A DNA stretch of 64,000 nucleotides from contig OZ250173.1 in NCBI GenBank assembly GCA_965238075.1, positions 1,408,001 through 1,472,000 of the forward strand, written 5' to 3'. The DNA is from Candidatus Entotheonellaceae bacterium. GTDB lineage: Bacteria > Tectomicrobia > Entotheonellia > Entotheonellales > Entotheonellaceae. The notes below the pieces were generated by a model, which was given only the letters and a program-made list of their open reading frames with translations, was not told the origin of the DNA and did no database searches. This document shows, one piece after another, positions 42,144-55,269 of the stretch. The translations under genes and the position numbers were made by a program. Position 1 is the first letter of the stretch. Each line of letters opens with the position of its first letter.

Positions 42144-43283
42144 GTGACGCAGACAGATCCCGACGGTTACGACATAGGGCGCAATTCACTTTTTGTGCAA
42201 AGCCGCCAATCCCCAAGACGTCAAACCGAGGCACGACCCATCCAGAAGACGCCCTTAAACCCCGTCGGACACATCGCCGCACCGCTCCTGCATGCCTTCT
42301 ACCAGCAGGTATACCAACACGCCGGGGTGCCGGACGAGGACGCCGCGGCAGTCGCCGACGCCCGCTTGCAAAGCACCCTTCGCCAGCCCGCCGGATTCGA
42401 TGCCTTCAGCGTCGCGCGGCTGCAAAACACCGTCCGCCGCTTGCAGGCCGGCGGTATCAACCCGACACCGCAGATTCGAGTCGTCCACGAACGTGGCCCG
42501 TTCGCCCTGCTGGACGCCGACAACGGCTTGGGTCCGGTGGTCGGCATGCGGGCGATGACGCGCTGTCTGGAGGCGGCAGGGGTAGGCGGATTTGCGCTGG
42601 TGGGGGTGCGAAACTCGACGACGCTCGGCACCATGGCGACGTACGCCATGCGAGCGTTGACCGAAGGCTTCCTGGGATTCGTCGGTACCAACACAGAACT
42701 GAAGATCGGCTTGCCACCCTGGGGCGGGCTGACCCCGGCGCTTGGCAACAACCCCTTCGCGGTGGCCATCCCCCATCGTCACGGCGCGCCGGTCGTGTTG
42801 GACATGTCGCTTATCGCCACCCAGCCGCAGGACAGCGCCGCGGCGGCGGAAACGCCTACCCGCGGCCCCTTGGGCAGCGATTTCCTCGCCCGCCCGATCA
42901 TCGGCGCCCACAAGGGCTACGGCCTCGCCGTGGTATTGGAAGTTCTGTGCGGCGTGCTCACCGGCGCCGGTTTCGGGCAGGCCCACGCGCCGAATCAACT
43001 CGCCGATCCGCAGACCCGTCACGACCTCGGGCATTTGTTCGTCGTGCTCGATCCGACTGTGTTCATGCCGCGCCACGAGTTCGAAGCGCGCATCGAGCAA
43101 TTGTGTGCGGAGATCAAGCAATCCGAGCCCGCGCCCGGCGTGCCGCGCATCCTGCTGCCCGGCGAGCTGGAACACGAACGGTGCGAAGCACGGTTGCGCC
43201 ACGGCATTCCCGTGCGGGCCGACGCGCAGAAGGCTCTGCTGGCGCTCTGCGGTGAGTTGGGTATCGCGTCGCCGTTGGCGTGA
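42144..43283 (+). CDS. Ldh_2-family oxidoreductase (malate/lactate/ureidoglycolate dehydrogenase-like)
   Basis: LDADNGLG, LGNNPFAVAIP, VLDMS, HKGYGLA, LLPGE. Confidence 0.9.
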   Translation: MTQTDPDGYDIGRNSLFVQSRQSPRRQTEARPIQKTPLNPVGHIAAPLLHAFYQQVYQHAGVPDEDAAAVADARLQSTLRQPAGFDAFSVARLQNTVRRLQAGGINPTPQIRVVHERGPFALLDADNGLGPVVGMRAMTRCLEAAGVGGFALVGVRNSTTLGTMATYAMRALTEGFLGFVGTNTELKIGLPPWGGLTPALGNNPFAVAIPHRHGAPVVLDMSLIATQPQDSAAAAETPTRGPLGSDFLARPIIGAHKGYGLAVVLEVLCGVLTGAGFGQAHAPNQLADPQTRHDLGHLFVVLDPTVFMPRHEFEARIEQLCAEIKQSEPAPGVPRILLPGELEHERCEARLRHGIPVRADAQKALLALCGELGIASPLA

Positions 43284-43316
43284 TGTAGGTCGGGTTAGCC
43301 GCAGACGTAACCCGAC
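43284..43316 (+). repeat. GTAG-family REP-like palindrome (class 2)
   Basis: TGTAGGTCGGGTTAGCCGCAGACGTAACCCGAC directly after the stop codon; similar to the reverse complement of 30344-30375. Confidence 0.8.
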
Positions 43317-43347
43317 GTTCCGAACAGGGATCATGATGACGGGTTCC

Positions 43348-43407
43348 GTCACCCCGGACCCCGTATCAAGTACGGGGCGGGCTTTGATCCGGGGTCCAGG
43401 TTTTTTT
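43348..43407 (+). terminator. Nested hairpin (second REP-like family) followed by a T-run; possible intrinsic terminator
   Basis: ACCCCGGA/TCCGGGGT outer stem, CCCCGTA/TACGGGG inner stem, then TTTTTTT. Confidence 0.5.
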
Positions 43408-43519
43408 GCCGGGCCAAGTGTCCGCCTGAATTGGATCTGAGGTCGCCGGAGCCCCTAAATTCTCAAATGAAGTGCAATACCTTGTTGAGATGTGCCATAG
43501 GACGCCCCGGCACACAGCA

Positions 43520-43840
43520 TCAACCTGCGGCCTCGCGGGCGGGCTTGTAGCGCTGGACGGTGATCTCGTCTGCGCGGGCGCGCATCCGGCAGGCGTCGTG
43601 CCACGCTTGCATCCGCAGCAACAATTCCATGTTCAGGGCAAAGGCTTTTTCGATGCGCAGGGCCGTCCTTGGCGTCAGCGCCGCGTTGCCGTTGAGCAAG
43701 GCCGAAAGCGTCGCCCGGCGAACCCCCAGAATCCTGGCGGTCTTCGTTACATTCAGCCCCAGCTCTTCGAGTACCTCCCTGCGGATGAAGACGCCGGGAT
43801 GCGAAGGGGTCATGTTCACCTTGATGCCGTTGGGGCTCAT
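43520..43840 (-). CDS. higA: HigA-family antitoxin
   Basis: PSHPGVFIRREVLEELGLNVTKTARILGVRRATLSALLNG...ALRIEKAF...LRMQAWHD. Confidence 0.9.
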   Translation of the reverse strand: MSPNGIKVNMTPSHPGVFIRREVLEELGLNVTKTARILGVRRATLSALLNGNAALTPRTALRIEKAFALNMELLLRMQAWHDACRMRARADEITVQRYKPAREAAG

Positions 43841-44131
43841 CAGTGATAGTCCTTCAGGTTCAGACGGCTGATCCGACCCTCGTTTTCTTCGAACGTGATC
43901 CGCCAATTGCCGGATACCGAAACACGCCATTCGTTGCGCTGCTCCCCCGAAAGTCGATGGCCGCGCCAACCCGGCGGCGCTTGGGCAACAAACTCATCAA
44001 GGTGCTCGGCCCAAGACCAGTACCGTCAGAATGTTGCGCACCCTGTCGACCCAATCTTGCGTCAAGAATTCAGGGTTATCATTTTCAATCAACTGGCGTA
44101 GCCCCCGGTGGCGGACAGACTGGATGATCAT
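43840..44131 (-). pseudogene. higB: HigB (RelE/ParE) toxin with a +1 frameshift
   Basis: Hand translation MIIQSVRHRGLRQLIEND...VRNILTVLVL, then frameshift at the CCC run ~44010-44012, then PGWRGHRLSG...VSVSGNWRITF...LNLKDYH*; TGATG-coupled to higA. Confidence 0.85.
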
Positions 44132-44189
44132 GCAACCTGCTGTACGGTTGCAGCGTTCATTCCACAAGTCTTTTTTCCGGTGATTGCTG

Positions 44190-44305
44190 TCCCGCTACGG
44201 TGACGCGGCGAGCATTGCACGGTGACCGAACCGGCAGCGATGTCGAGGGCCGTAAACAGAGTCGTCGAGCCGTGCCGTTTGTATTCGTGGCTACGACGCT
44301 GGGGA
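44190..44305 (-). mobile_element. IS630-family transposase fragment
   Basis: [34 protein letters not shown] resembles the IS630 HDYxRHGTTTLFAALD motif. Confidence 0.8.
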
Positions 44306-44307
44306 GC

Positions 44308-44640
44308 CCTCGGATCTTGACCTGCCTGGACCTGGATATCAGGTCCATCCGCTGCGAGGCGATCTGGAGGGATTTTGGAGTATTTGGGTTTCCGACAACT
44401 GGCGGATCGTTTTTCGTCTTGAAGAGGGCGATGTCTACGACGTTGACTTGGTCGACTACCACTGGTCCAGCCTACGAGAGGTAAACGCCATGCCGATGAT
44501 GAATCCACCGCATCCCGGTCGCAGTATTAAGGAAAACTGTTTGGCGCCACTGGGCTTGAACGTCACCGAAGCGGCGAAAGTGCTGGGTATGGCTCGTCAC
44601 ACGCTGTCGCGCGTCTTGAATAGGCACGCGGCGTTTCCTG
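44308..44640 (+). pseudogene. Second HigB-HigA module remnant (toxin 5'-truncated, antitoxin 3'-truncated)
   Basis: [37 protein letters not shown]...DLVDYH then TGG where a stop is expected, reading into [10 protein letters not shown]...[11 protein letters not shown]. Confidence 0.8.
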
Positions 44641-44643
44641 TCC

Positions 44644-45492
44644 TTACGCGATGCTTAATCCGCCCTGAGCCTGATTTGGGTCATCGAGCGCGCTGTTGGC
44701 GCGACAGCGGCCCTCAAGCACCGACGGCAGATCTGCCAGGCTTTCCAGAACCACCCCCGGCTTCTCGGCAGCCACGGCCTGTTCGGCCTCCGCCCGCGTC
44801 GATACCCCCGTCAGCACCAGCACCGACAGGCATCCGAAGGCGTTCGCTGCGGCGATATCCGTATCCAGCCGATCCCCGACCACGGCCATGTCGCCCGCCG
44901 ACACGCCCCAGGCCGCGGCGATCAGTGACAAGCCCGTCGGCCGCGGCTTGCCCATGACGAGCGGTGTGACGCCCGTGGAGGTGGTGAGCGCCGCGACCAG
45001 GGCGCCGCCGCCGGGGGTGGTCGTCGTGGGGCCGTCGGGAAACGTGGCGTCGAGGTTGGTGGCGATGAACGCGGCGCCGTTGCAGATGGCGTAATGGGCG
45101 TGGGAGAGCTTCTCGTAGGTGAGGGTCATGTCCAAGCCGGCCACGACGTGCGTGGCGCCTTCGTGGGTCGGCACCACCGCGATTCCGGCCTCCTCCATCT
45201 CGCGCCGCATGCCCGCGGTGCCGACCAGAAACACCCGCGCGTCCGGGGCGTGGCGCGACAGGTACAACGCCGCGATGTAAGCCGAGCCCCACACGTCGCC
45301 CGCCGCGCAGGCAAAGCCGAGCCGCGACAGGCGGGCCGCCAGTTCCTCGCGATGACGGCTGGCGTTGTTGGTGAGAAAGGCAACGCGTACCCCCCGCGTC
45401 CACAGCGCATTGAGCGTGTCCACCGCCCCCGGCAGCGGGTGGTCGCCCCGGTAGAGAACGCCGTCCATGTCCATGACCACGTGTTGGATCAT
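44644..45492 (-). CDS. HAD-IIA family phosphatase (NagD-like)
   Basis: [33 protein letters not shown]. Confidence 0.93.
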   Translation of the reverse strand: MIQHVVMDMDGVLYRGDHPLPGAVDTLNALWTRGVRVAFLTNNASRHREELAARLSRLGFACAAGDVWGSAYIAALYLSRHAPDARVFLVGTAGMRREMEEAGIAVVPTHEGATHVVAGLDMTLTYEKLSHAHYAICNGAAFIATNLDATFPDGPTTTTPGGGALVAALTTSTGVTPLVMGKPRPTGLSLIAAAWGVSAGDMAVVGDRLDTDIAAANAFGCLSVLVLTGVSTRAEAEQAVAAEKPGVVLESLADLPSVLEGRCRANSALDDPNQAQGGLSIA

Positions 45493-45593
45493 CGTTGGTC
45501 AGACCTCTCTTGGTCGGGGTGCCGCCGCGTTCGTTCAGGGTTGCCATGCAGCCATGTTGATGGGGGATGTCAGGCGTGTCAGGCCTCCCCTCC

Positions 45594-48500
45594 CTACAGC
45601 GCCGGCGGCGAGCCGACCGCCTCGGCGTCCGGCGTCGGCGCGAAGCGGCTCAGGTGCTGGGCGACTAACTCCTTAGTCTCCGCCAGGCGCCGCAGTTTGA
45701 TGTCTTCGTAGCCGCGAACCGCCTCGGGCGCGTTGGCGATCACCACGGCGAGGGCGTGATTGCCGGGGTCGAGCCGGGACAGGAGGGAGGTAATCGTCTC
45801 GTGGTACCAGGTGATGAGCCGTCGCTCTTCCCGGCGCAGCTTGGCGTAGCCGAATGGGTCGCACCAGCGACCGCGCAGGCTCTTGAGCCGCCGCAGCTGC
45901 CGCAGGGGGCGGTTGAACCACGGACCGAGCTTCAGCTTGCGCTTGAGACCCATGGACCGCAGCAGCGGTGGGTGCAGGTGATAGTAGGCGCGCCGCGGCG
46001 ACGCGAACATCGTGTCGAGCTGATCCTTCCACGCTTGCTTCAGGTGCAGGCGCGCCACCTCGTATTCGTCCTTGTAGGCCATGAGCTTGTAGAGGTGCCG
46101 GATGACCGCGTGGGTCAGTCCAACGCCGCCGGCGCAGGCCGCCGCTTCCCGTGCGGCCACGTCCAGAACGAAATCGACGTACGCCGTCGCGTAGGCGGCG
46201 TCCTGATAGTCGATCAACTCGCCGACCCGCAGCGCCAGCAGGCGCCGTGCTTCTTCATCCAGATGCGCGCAGCGTTCCAGCAGGCGCTCATAGGCATCGA
46301 CGTCAGTCGCCGTGCCTTCCCGTTGCAAGTAATCCTGCATGATCGCCCGCTCCGCAGCGACGTCGCGCGGCTGCTCGACCGCCAGCGCGCTCACGGCTTG
46401 CGGCTCGTAGACGTAGCGGCGGCCGTAGCGGAAGGCCTGCTGATTCTGCTGCACCGCCACGCCGTTCAGCGCGATGGCGGCCTCGATGCTTTCGGCCTTG
46501 AGGGGCAAGGCGCCGACCTGATAGGCCATGCCAAGCACGAACAGATTGGTCGCCATGTGGTCCCCGAACAGCCCCTCGGCGAGGGTGCCGGCGTCGGCGT
46601 ACAGATTGCGGCTGGCGTCGCTGTGCTGGTCAATGGTACGCCGCAGGGAGGCTTCGCTGGGAAACAGCAGCGCGTTGTTGCGAATCATCTCGCCGGTCGG
46701 GCTCGCCGTGGTGTTGACGACGGCGACCGTGCGCCCGGCGTGGGCGCGGTCGAGGTTGACCGGATCGACGCCGCCGAGGGCGTCCAGCACCAGGTACAGA
46801 TCCGCCGTGCCTAAGCCCACCTTGTTCGAGACCACGGCGTCGCCCTCGCTGAGGATGACGTTCGACAGCACCGCGCCGCCCTTCTGGGCGAGGCCGGTCT
46901 GGTCCAGATTGAGCAACGACTTGCCTTCCATCAGCGCCGCGTAGCACAACAGGGCGTTCATCGTGACCACACCGGTTCCCCCGACACCCGGAATGTAAAC
47001 CGCATAACGCTCCCCGATGACCGCCTTGTGCGCCGGTTCCGGCAGGGCATGCGCTTCGAGCACGGGCGCCTGCTTGGGCCGCAGGCCCGTACCGGGCTCG
47101 ACTTCCACGGTCACGAATGACGGGCAATCGCCGTCCAGGCAGGCGTAGTCCTTGTTGCACGATGACTGGTGGATGCGCGTCTTGGGTCCCAACTCGGTCT
47201 CCACCGGGTGCAGCGACATGCAGTTGCTGACTTCGCCGCAATTGCCGCAGCCCTCGCAGACTTCCTCATTGATCACCACGAACACGTTGGGTTCCGCCTG
47301 AATGCCGCGCTTGCGCTGGCGGCGTTTCTCGGCGGCGCACTGCTGGTCGTTGATCAGCACCGTGACCCCCGGCGTGGCCTCCAGCTCTTTGAGGGCGTCG
47401 AAGAACGACTCGCGGCCGCGCAGCGTGGCGATCCCGGCTAGGCGCGTACCGCGCCAACGCCGCGGCTGCTCGGAGACGATGATGATCTTTCGCACCCCCT
47501 CTGCCGCCATGCTGTGGGTAAGCTCCGGGATGCTCATGCTGCCCTGCGCGTCCTGGCCGCCCGTCATCGCCACAGCGCCATTGTAGAGGAGCTTGAACGT
47601 GATATTGACTCCGGCCGCCACACAGGCGCGTAGGGCTTGGCTGCCGGAGTGAAAATACGTGCCGTCGCCGATGTTTTGGAAGATGTGCTGGGTGTCGCTG
47701 AACGGCGCCGCGCCGACCCACGGCAGCCCCTCGCCGCCCATCTGCGTCAGGTAGCTGGTGTGACGCATATCCTGTTCGATCAGCCCGCCCATGCCGTGGC
47801 AGCCGATGCCGCCGCCGGTGATCTGGCCGTCGAGCATGCGGGTAGAGCGGCTGTGCGGGCAGCCGGAACAGTAATTCGGCTTGCGTGCCATGAAAGGATC
47901 GTACTGGCGCCCGCGGATCGCTTCCAGCACGGCCAGGCGCGCGTCGATGCCCGGCGCCTCGCCCAGACGTCGCAGGCGCGGCCCGACACGCTCGGCGATG
48001 AGGTCGGCGTCCAGTTCGCCGTGCATGGGCAGGAAGGGCTGGCCCGTCTCGGTCGTTTTGCCCAGCAGCCGCGGCGGCGACGTCATGCCGTACAGGCAGT
48101 CGCGGATCTGGCTTTCGAGGAAGCCTCTCTTTTCCTCGACGACGATGATTTCTTCCAGACCGCGCGCAAAGCGCCGGATGCTTTCGGTCGCCAGCGGATA
48201 GATCATGCCCAGATTCAGAACGCGAATGCCCAGCCGCTGCAACGTCTGGCCGTCCAGCCCCAGGTCGAGCAGCGCCTGTTGCAGGTCGGCCTGGCTCTTG
48301 CCGGCGCTGATCAGGCCGACGCGGGCGTCGCCCGGCTGCGTTTCGGCCCCATACAGGCGGTTGGCGGCTCCGTAGGCACGCACCGCGGCGTGGCGTTCGA
48401 CGAAGAGGTGGCGCTCGAGCTCGATGGTGCCGGGCGGCAGGAAGGTGGTGTCCTGGTACTTGCGGAAGGGTTCACCGTCGATGTGCACGTCCGGGATGAC

Positions 48501-49154
48501 GATGTCGGGCAAGTCGGGGTGAACATCCACCACGCTGCCGCCGTCGCACAGATTGGTGACCAGTTTCAAGGCCACCCAGCAGCCGCTGAAGCGCGACAGA
48601 GCGAAAGCGTGCAGGCCGTAGAGCAGAAATTCCTGGATGGTGGCGGGGTAGAAGATGGGGATGCCGGCGGCGAGCAGGGCGTGGTCGCTTTGGTGCGGCA
48701 GCGTGGAGCTTTTGCAATTATGGTCGTCGCCCGCCAGCACGAGCGCCGCGCTGTTGGGTCCGGTGCCGCCCATATTGGCGTGCTTGAACACGTCGCCGCT
48801 GCGGTCGACGCCGGGGCCTTTGCCGTACCAGATACCGTTCACCCCGTCGACCTGCGGGCCGGGGAATAGGTGCACGCTCTGGCTGCCCATCACCGCGGTG
48901 GCGGCCAATTCCTCGTTCACCGCCGGCTGGTGGACGATGCGATGCTCGTGGAGCAGTCGGCCCACCCGCGCCAGGGTCAGGTCGTACCCGGCGAGCGGCG
49001 AGCCCTCGTAGCCGGTGATGAAGGCGCCGGTTCGCAGCCCGGCTTTGACGTCGCGTCGTTGCTGATCAATGGCAAGCCGCACCAGTGCCTGAATCCCGGT
49101 CAGGTAAACACTGCCTTCAAGCACGGTGTATTTGTCGTCAAGTGTGACTGTCAT
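45594..49154 (-). CDS. Indolepyruvate ferredoxin oxidoreductase family protein (fused subunits)
   Basis: TGIQALVR, YCSGCPH, GIGCH, GDGTYFHSG, CEGCGNC...C, GVGGTGV, LAQKGG, LMAYKDEYEVARL. Confidence 0.95.
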   Translation of the reverse strand: MTVTLDDKYTVLEGSVYLTGIQALVRLAIDQQRRDVKAGLRTGAFITGYEGSPLAGYDLTLARVGRLLHEHRIVHQPAVNEELAATAVMGSQSVHLFPGPQVDGVNGIWYGKGPGVDRSGDVFKHANMGGTGPNSAALVLAGDDHNCKSSTLPHQSDHALLAAGIPIFYPATIQEFLLYGLHAFALSRFSGCWVALKLVTNLCDGGSVVDVHPDLPDIVIPDVHIDGEPFRKYQDTTFLPPGTIELERHLFVERHAAVRAYGAANRLYGAETQPGDARVGLISAGKSQADLQQALLDLGLDGQTLQRLGIRVLNLGMIYPLATESIRRFARGLEEIIVVEEKRGFLESQIRDCLYGMTSPPRLLGKTTETGQPFLPMHGELDADLIAERVGPRLRRLGEAPGIDARLAVLEAIRGRQYDPFMARKPNYCSGCPHSRSTRMLDGQITGGGIGCHGMGGLIEQDMRHTSYLTQMGGEGLPWVGAAPFSDTQHIFQNIGDGTYFHSGSQALRACVAAGVNITFKLLYNGAVAMTGGQDAQGSMSIPELTHSMAAEGVRKIIIVSEQPRRWRGTRLAGIATLRGRESFFDALKELEATPGVTVLINDQQCAAEKRRQRKRGIQAEPNVFVVINEEVCEGCGNCGEVSNCMSLHPVETELGPKTRIHQSSCNKDYACLDGDCPSFVTVEVEPGTGLRPKQAPVLEAHALPEPAHKAVIGERYAVYIPGVGGTGVVTMNALLCYAALMEGKSLLNLDQTGLAQKGGAVLSNVILSEGDAVVSNKVGLGTADLYLVLDALGGVDPVNLDRAHAGRTVAVVNTTASPTGEMIRNNALLFPSEASLRRTIDQHSDASRNLYADAGTLAEGLFGDHMATNLFVLGMAYQVGALPLKAESIEAAIALNGVAVQQNQQAFRYGRRYVYEPQAVSALAVEQPRDVAAERAIMQDYLQREGTATDVDAYERLLERCAHLDEEARRLLALRVGELIDYQDAAYATAYVDFVLDVAAREAAACAGGVGLTHAVIRHLYKLMAYKDEYEVARLHLKQAWKDQLDTMFASPRRAYYHLHPPLLRSMGLKRKLKLGPWFNRPLRQLRRLKSLRGRWCDPFGYAKLRREERRLITWYHETITSLLSRLDPGNHALAVVIANAPEAVRGYEDIKLRRLAETKELVAQHLSRFAPTPDAEAVGSPPAL

Positions 49155-49218
49155 GAGCGATTCTCCCCAGCGTCAGAGCGGGTTGGCAATAACCGTTTAA
49201 GTGCATTGTTTTCCATGG

Positions 49219-49248
49219 ATTATACTTTTGGCAGGGGCGCAGGGTCAA
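49219..49248 (-). promoter_or_regulatory. Sigma70 promoter for the IOR gene
   Basis: Reverse complement TTGACC-N18-TATAAT. Confidence 0.65.
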
Positions 49249-49335
49249 TGCGGCCTGGGGGCTTGAACGCGGTTAAAAAGTCGGTTACGTTGGCCCGGCG
49301 CAACCATTGATTTGCCCCGAACTGAGGATCCTATT

Positions 49336-49980
49336 ATGACGCGCCGCGCTGCTGTGTGCACCCGTCGTTACCGTTTCAGAACGCCGATAACCATCGCCGT
49401 TGCGGGATTCGTTCTCTTGTCGCTGTCCCTGTCGGCCGTCATGACGCAGACGGCACCCCAAGCGGCCTTGTCAGCGGGCAGGTTTCTCGTCGCCAGCAAA
49501 CAACTCCGGGACCCCAATTTCTCGGAAACCGTCGTCCTGTTGCTCAACTATGGCGCGCGAGGCGCGCGGGGTGTGGTCATCAACTGGCCGACGGAGGTGA
49601 AACTGGCCACGATGTTTCCCGAAATCAGGGGATTGCAGCGGCGCGTGGACACCGCCTATCTCGGCGGACCGGTAGAACGCACCCGCCTGTTGATGCTCCT
49701 GCGCGCCGACAAGCCGCGCTCCGGCGCCGAACACGTCGTCGATGACATCTACGTCAGCACCAACCGCCGGGTGCTCTTTGACGCGCTCGGCAGAGCGGGC
49801 TCCGCGACATCCGTACACGTTTACGCCGGCTACGCGGGATGGGCGCCGGGGCAGCTTGACCGTGAGGTGGCGCGCGGCGACTGGCACGTCCTGCCCGCCG
49901 ACGCCGAAGCCGTGTTCAGCACAACGCCGACTGAGGTGTGGCGCGAGTTGATCGACAAGGGTGCCGTGCAGTGGCTGTAA
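49336..49980 (+). CDS. YqgE/AlgH family protein with N-terminal hydrophobic extension
   Basis: [49 protein letters not shown]. Confidence 0.9.
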   Translation: MTRRAAVCTRRYRFRTPITIAVAGFVLLSLSLSAVMTQTAPQAALSAGRFLVASKQLRDPNFSETVVLLLNYGARGARGVVINWPTEVKLATMFPEIRGLQRRVDTAYLGGPVERTRLLMLLRADKPRSGAEHVVDDIYVSTNRRVLFDALGRAGSATSVHVYAGYAGWAPGQLDREVARGDWHVLPADAEAVFSTTPTEVWRELIDKGAVQWL

Positions 49981-50089
49981 CGGCCTTGAGAAGGCGGCCC
50001 GACACCGCATAAGGTCAGTGGCCCAGTTTGAAATAACCAACCCATACGCCCCCATCCCCAGGCGAGACACTGTCTGCATAAGGAACGTC

Positions 50090-53077
<2,988 letters not shown>

Positions 53078-53085
53078 TGTGGGTT

Positions 53086-53113
53086 GTCGGGTAACGCCTG
53101 CGGCCAACCTGGG
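53086..53113 (-). repeat. Degenerate class 2 REP
   Basis: GTCGGGTAACGCCTGCGGCCAACC is similar to the reverse complement of 43284-43316; just after the glyQS stop. Confidence 0.55.
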
Positions 53114-53551
53114 GACACAACGGTCCGCCTTTCATATGAGAATGCCGAAACCCAATGCGCTGGATTGTTTGCCAGCTAACCATTCGACATAGCTGGGGGA
53201 GGATGGTAGAGATCGATAAAATCAGATCCGCCAGGTGTGAAGTCGCGGCCATTTCAGGGTGACGCCTCGATAACGCACAACGCAGGAACAGGGCGGTAAC
53301 TGCAATGGAATGTCCCACTTCATCACGTTTTCCCGTCAGGTGAAAAGTGATACCATGCCGCGAGTTGTGGGAATTCCTCAGCCGGTGGAGCGGGGAATAA
53401 ACATCAGCGGTCCGTCGTTTCTCGCTAACACTTGCGGTGCGTGCCAGTGAGATCCACCGATACTGCAGACCCGGGGCGGGGGATTGTGGCGAGGGCTCGG
53501 GTGCCGTCGTGTGTAAACCCTATAGAAGAACGCTTAGGGAGGAAGTGTGCC

Positions 53552-53770
53552 ATGAGTTCCATCTTCTCCAGGAAGTCCCTGAGGTTTCCGGCGTTAATGG
53601 GCGTCGTGTTCATTGTGCTGGCGCTCGCAGCCGTTTCCCGGTCCGACACGGAGCAGAACACGGATGCCGGCCAGGGAACGGTAATTGCCATGCGGGCGTC
53701 GGGGGCAGCAAATCCCTGTGCGGCGGCAAACCCGTGTAACCCGTGCAACCCCTGCGCGGCCGGCAACTAA
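53552..53770 (+). CDS. Small secreted Cys-rich peptide with Asn-Pro-Cys repeats
   Basis: RBS AGGGAGGA; signal-like N-terminus; C-terminus ANPCAAANPCNPCNPCAAGN (72 aa). Confidence 0.75.
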   Translation: MSSIFSRKSLRFPALMGVVFIVLALAAVSRSDTEQNTDAGQGTVIAMRASGAANPCAAANPCNPCNPCAAGN

Positions 53771-53857
53771 CCGATTCGGTAACCCATCCGGTACCCTGGC
53801 GGTCGGGCGCTCCATGCCCTGTCCCGCCAGGGCGCCCAGCGTCACGGAAAGCGGACC

Positions 53858-54832
53858 ATGCAACCAGACCCCGGAAGCCCTCATACCTGCACGAAACCAG
53901 CCTGTCGGCCTCGTGCCCACCTCGCCCTGCAACCCCTGACCGCCCTCCTGGCGGCTTGGTTGCTGTTCGCTATCCCGGCAACAGCCAGCGCCGCGTTTGC
54001 CGCCCAGCCGCCGGAGGAAACACTCGAAGCCTACCTCCGAGCCATCTACGCCCGCGACTTCGCCACGGCCTACGAGTTGATTGCGCAAGCCGACCGCAAA
54101 TTGAAAACCAAGCGCGACTACGTCAAGGAAAACGGCGCCTTCTCGGGCGCCGCGCTCGACCTCACCGCCCTGCTGGCGGCGTTCATCCGCTTCGAGTACA
54201 GCGGCATCAACATCAAGGGCCAGGACGACGCCACCGTCACCTTCAGGGCCATCGTGCCGGACACCGATGACCCGGCCCTGCGCGCCCTCCTGCTCGGCTT
54301 TGACCAACAGGGCCTCAAGGCGCTTCCCGCCGGCGAGCGCGCCGCCCGAAGCCGGCGACTGCGGCAACTCGCAACCGCCAACGAATTACCCCTCATCACC
54401 GGCGACGAGGAGACCTGGACCCTGGTCCGCGAACACGGCGAATGGCGCGTCGTACTGGGCTGGACCGCGGCCCTCGAGATTCATTTCGAGGCGCAGACGA
54501 TGGCCGGTCTGCCGTGGTCGTTCGCACCGCTGCAGCCGACCCTGCGCGTCATGCCCGGCGAAACCCTGCAGACCTACTATCGCGTCAAAAATTTGGCCGA
54601 CACACCCGTTACCGGCAAGGCCCGGCACGTCTTCGTGATCCCGGAGCACGCCGACTACCTCGACATCATCTACTGCTTCTGCTACTTGCAGCAAACCCTG
54701 GCGCCCGGTGAGGAGAAACAGTTTGCCGTGGTCTTTCGGCCCCGTTACGAAACCCCGGACACCATCACCGATCTGTACGTGCGCTACGAGTTCTTCCCGC
54801 TCGACGCATTTCCCGTTGAACCTAGCAAGTGA
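53858..54832 (+). CDS. Exported protein: NTF2-like N-domain plus CtaG/Cox11 copper-chaperone domain
   Basis: LPWSFAPLQ..LRVMPGE...YRVKN...IYCFCYLQQTLAPGEEK...YEFF follows the Cox11 pattern with the CFC motif. Confidence 0.82.
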   Translation: MQPDPGSPHTCTKPACRPRAHLALQPLTALLAAWLLFAIPATASAAFAAQPPEETLEAYLRAIYARDFATAYELIAQADRKLKTKRDYVKENGAFSGAALDLTALLAAFIRFEYSGINIKGQDDATVTFRAIVPDTDDPALRALLLGFDQQGLKALPAGERAARSRRLRQLATANELPLITGDEETWTLVREHGEWRVVLGWTAALEIHFEAQTMAGLPWSFAPLQPTLRVMPGETLQTYYRVKNLADTPVTGKARHVFVIPEHADYLDIIYCFCYLQQTLAPGEEKQFAVVFRPRYETPDTITDLYVRYEFFPLDAFPVEPSK

Positions 54833-54868
54833 CCCATCGCCTTGTCCCTGTCGCCTGAGGAGAATTCC

Positions 54869-55255
54869 ATGCTGAAACCACCCCCGCGCCTCTCTGCTCT
54901 GGCCCTTGCCTGCCTACTGCTGTGGCCGCTGGCCAGCCAAGCTCAGGACGCCGCAGCCGGCCAGGAAATCTATACGCAATACTGCGCTCTGTGCCACGGC
55001 CCGCAAGGCAAGGGCGACGGCTCCCTGTCGGCCAACCTGGACCCCAAGCCGCGCAACCACACCGACGGCGCCTACATGAACGCCCTGAGCGACGCCCACC
55101 TCCTGAAGATCATCGGCGGCGGCGGCGCGGCGGCGGGGCTGTCGCCCATCATGCCGGCCTGGGGGGCCATCCTGTCGGCGCAGCAGATCCAGGACGTGGC
55201 CGCCTTTGTGCGCACGCTCGCCGTGCCGCCCTACACGCCGCCGGCTGACGAATAG
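54869..55255 (+). CDS. Monoheme c-type cytochrome
   Basis: Signal peptide, CALCH, distal Met in IMPAWG; RBS GAGGAG. Confidence 0.93.
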   Translation: MLKPPPRLSALALACLLLWPLASQAQDAAAGQEIYTQYCALCHGPQGKGDGSLSANLDPKPRNHTDGAYMNALSDAHLLKIIGGGGAAAGLSPIMPAWGAILSAQQIQDVAAFVRTLAVPPYTPPADE

Positions 55256-55269
55256 AAGAAAGGTCGGAG

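Noticed and set aside
49981-50089. T-box leader before glyQS
   Set aside because: Region too short and no T-box motif seen
53115-53500. ncRNA or gene remnant in the lower-GC gap after glyQS
   Set aside because: No recognisable protein motif in the frames I translated and no clear conserved structure
53685-53939. Second ORF ending in PCNP as another NPC peptide
   Set aside because: Overlaps both the peptide gene and the Cox11-domain gene out of frame, no RBS or signal; probably chance
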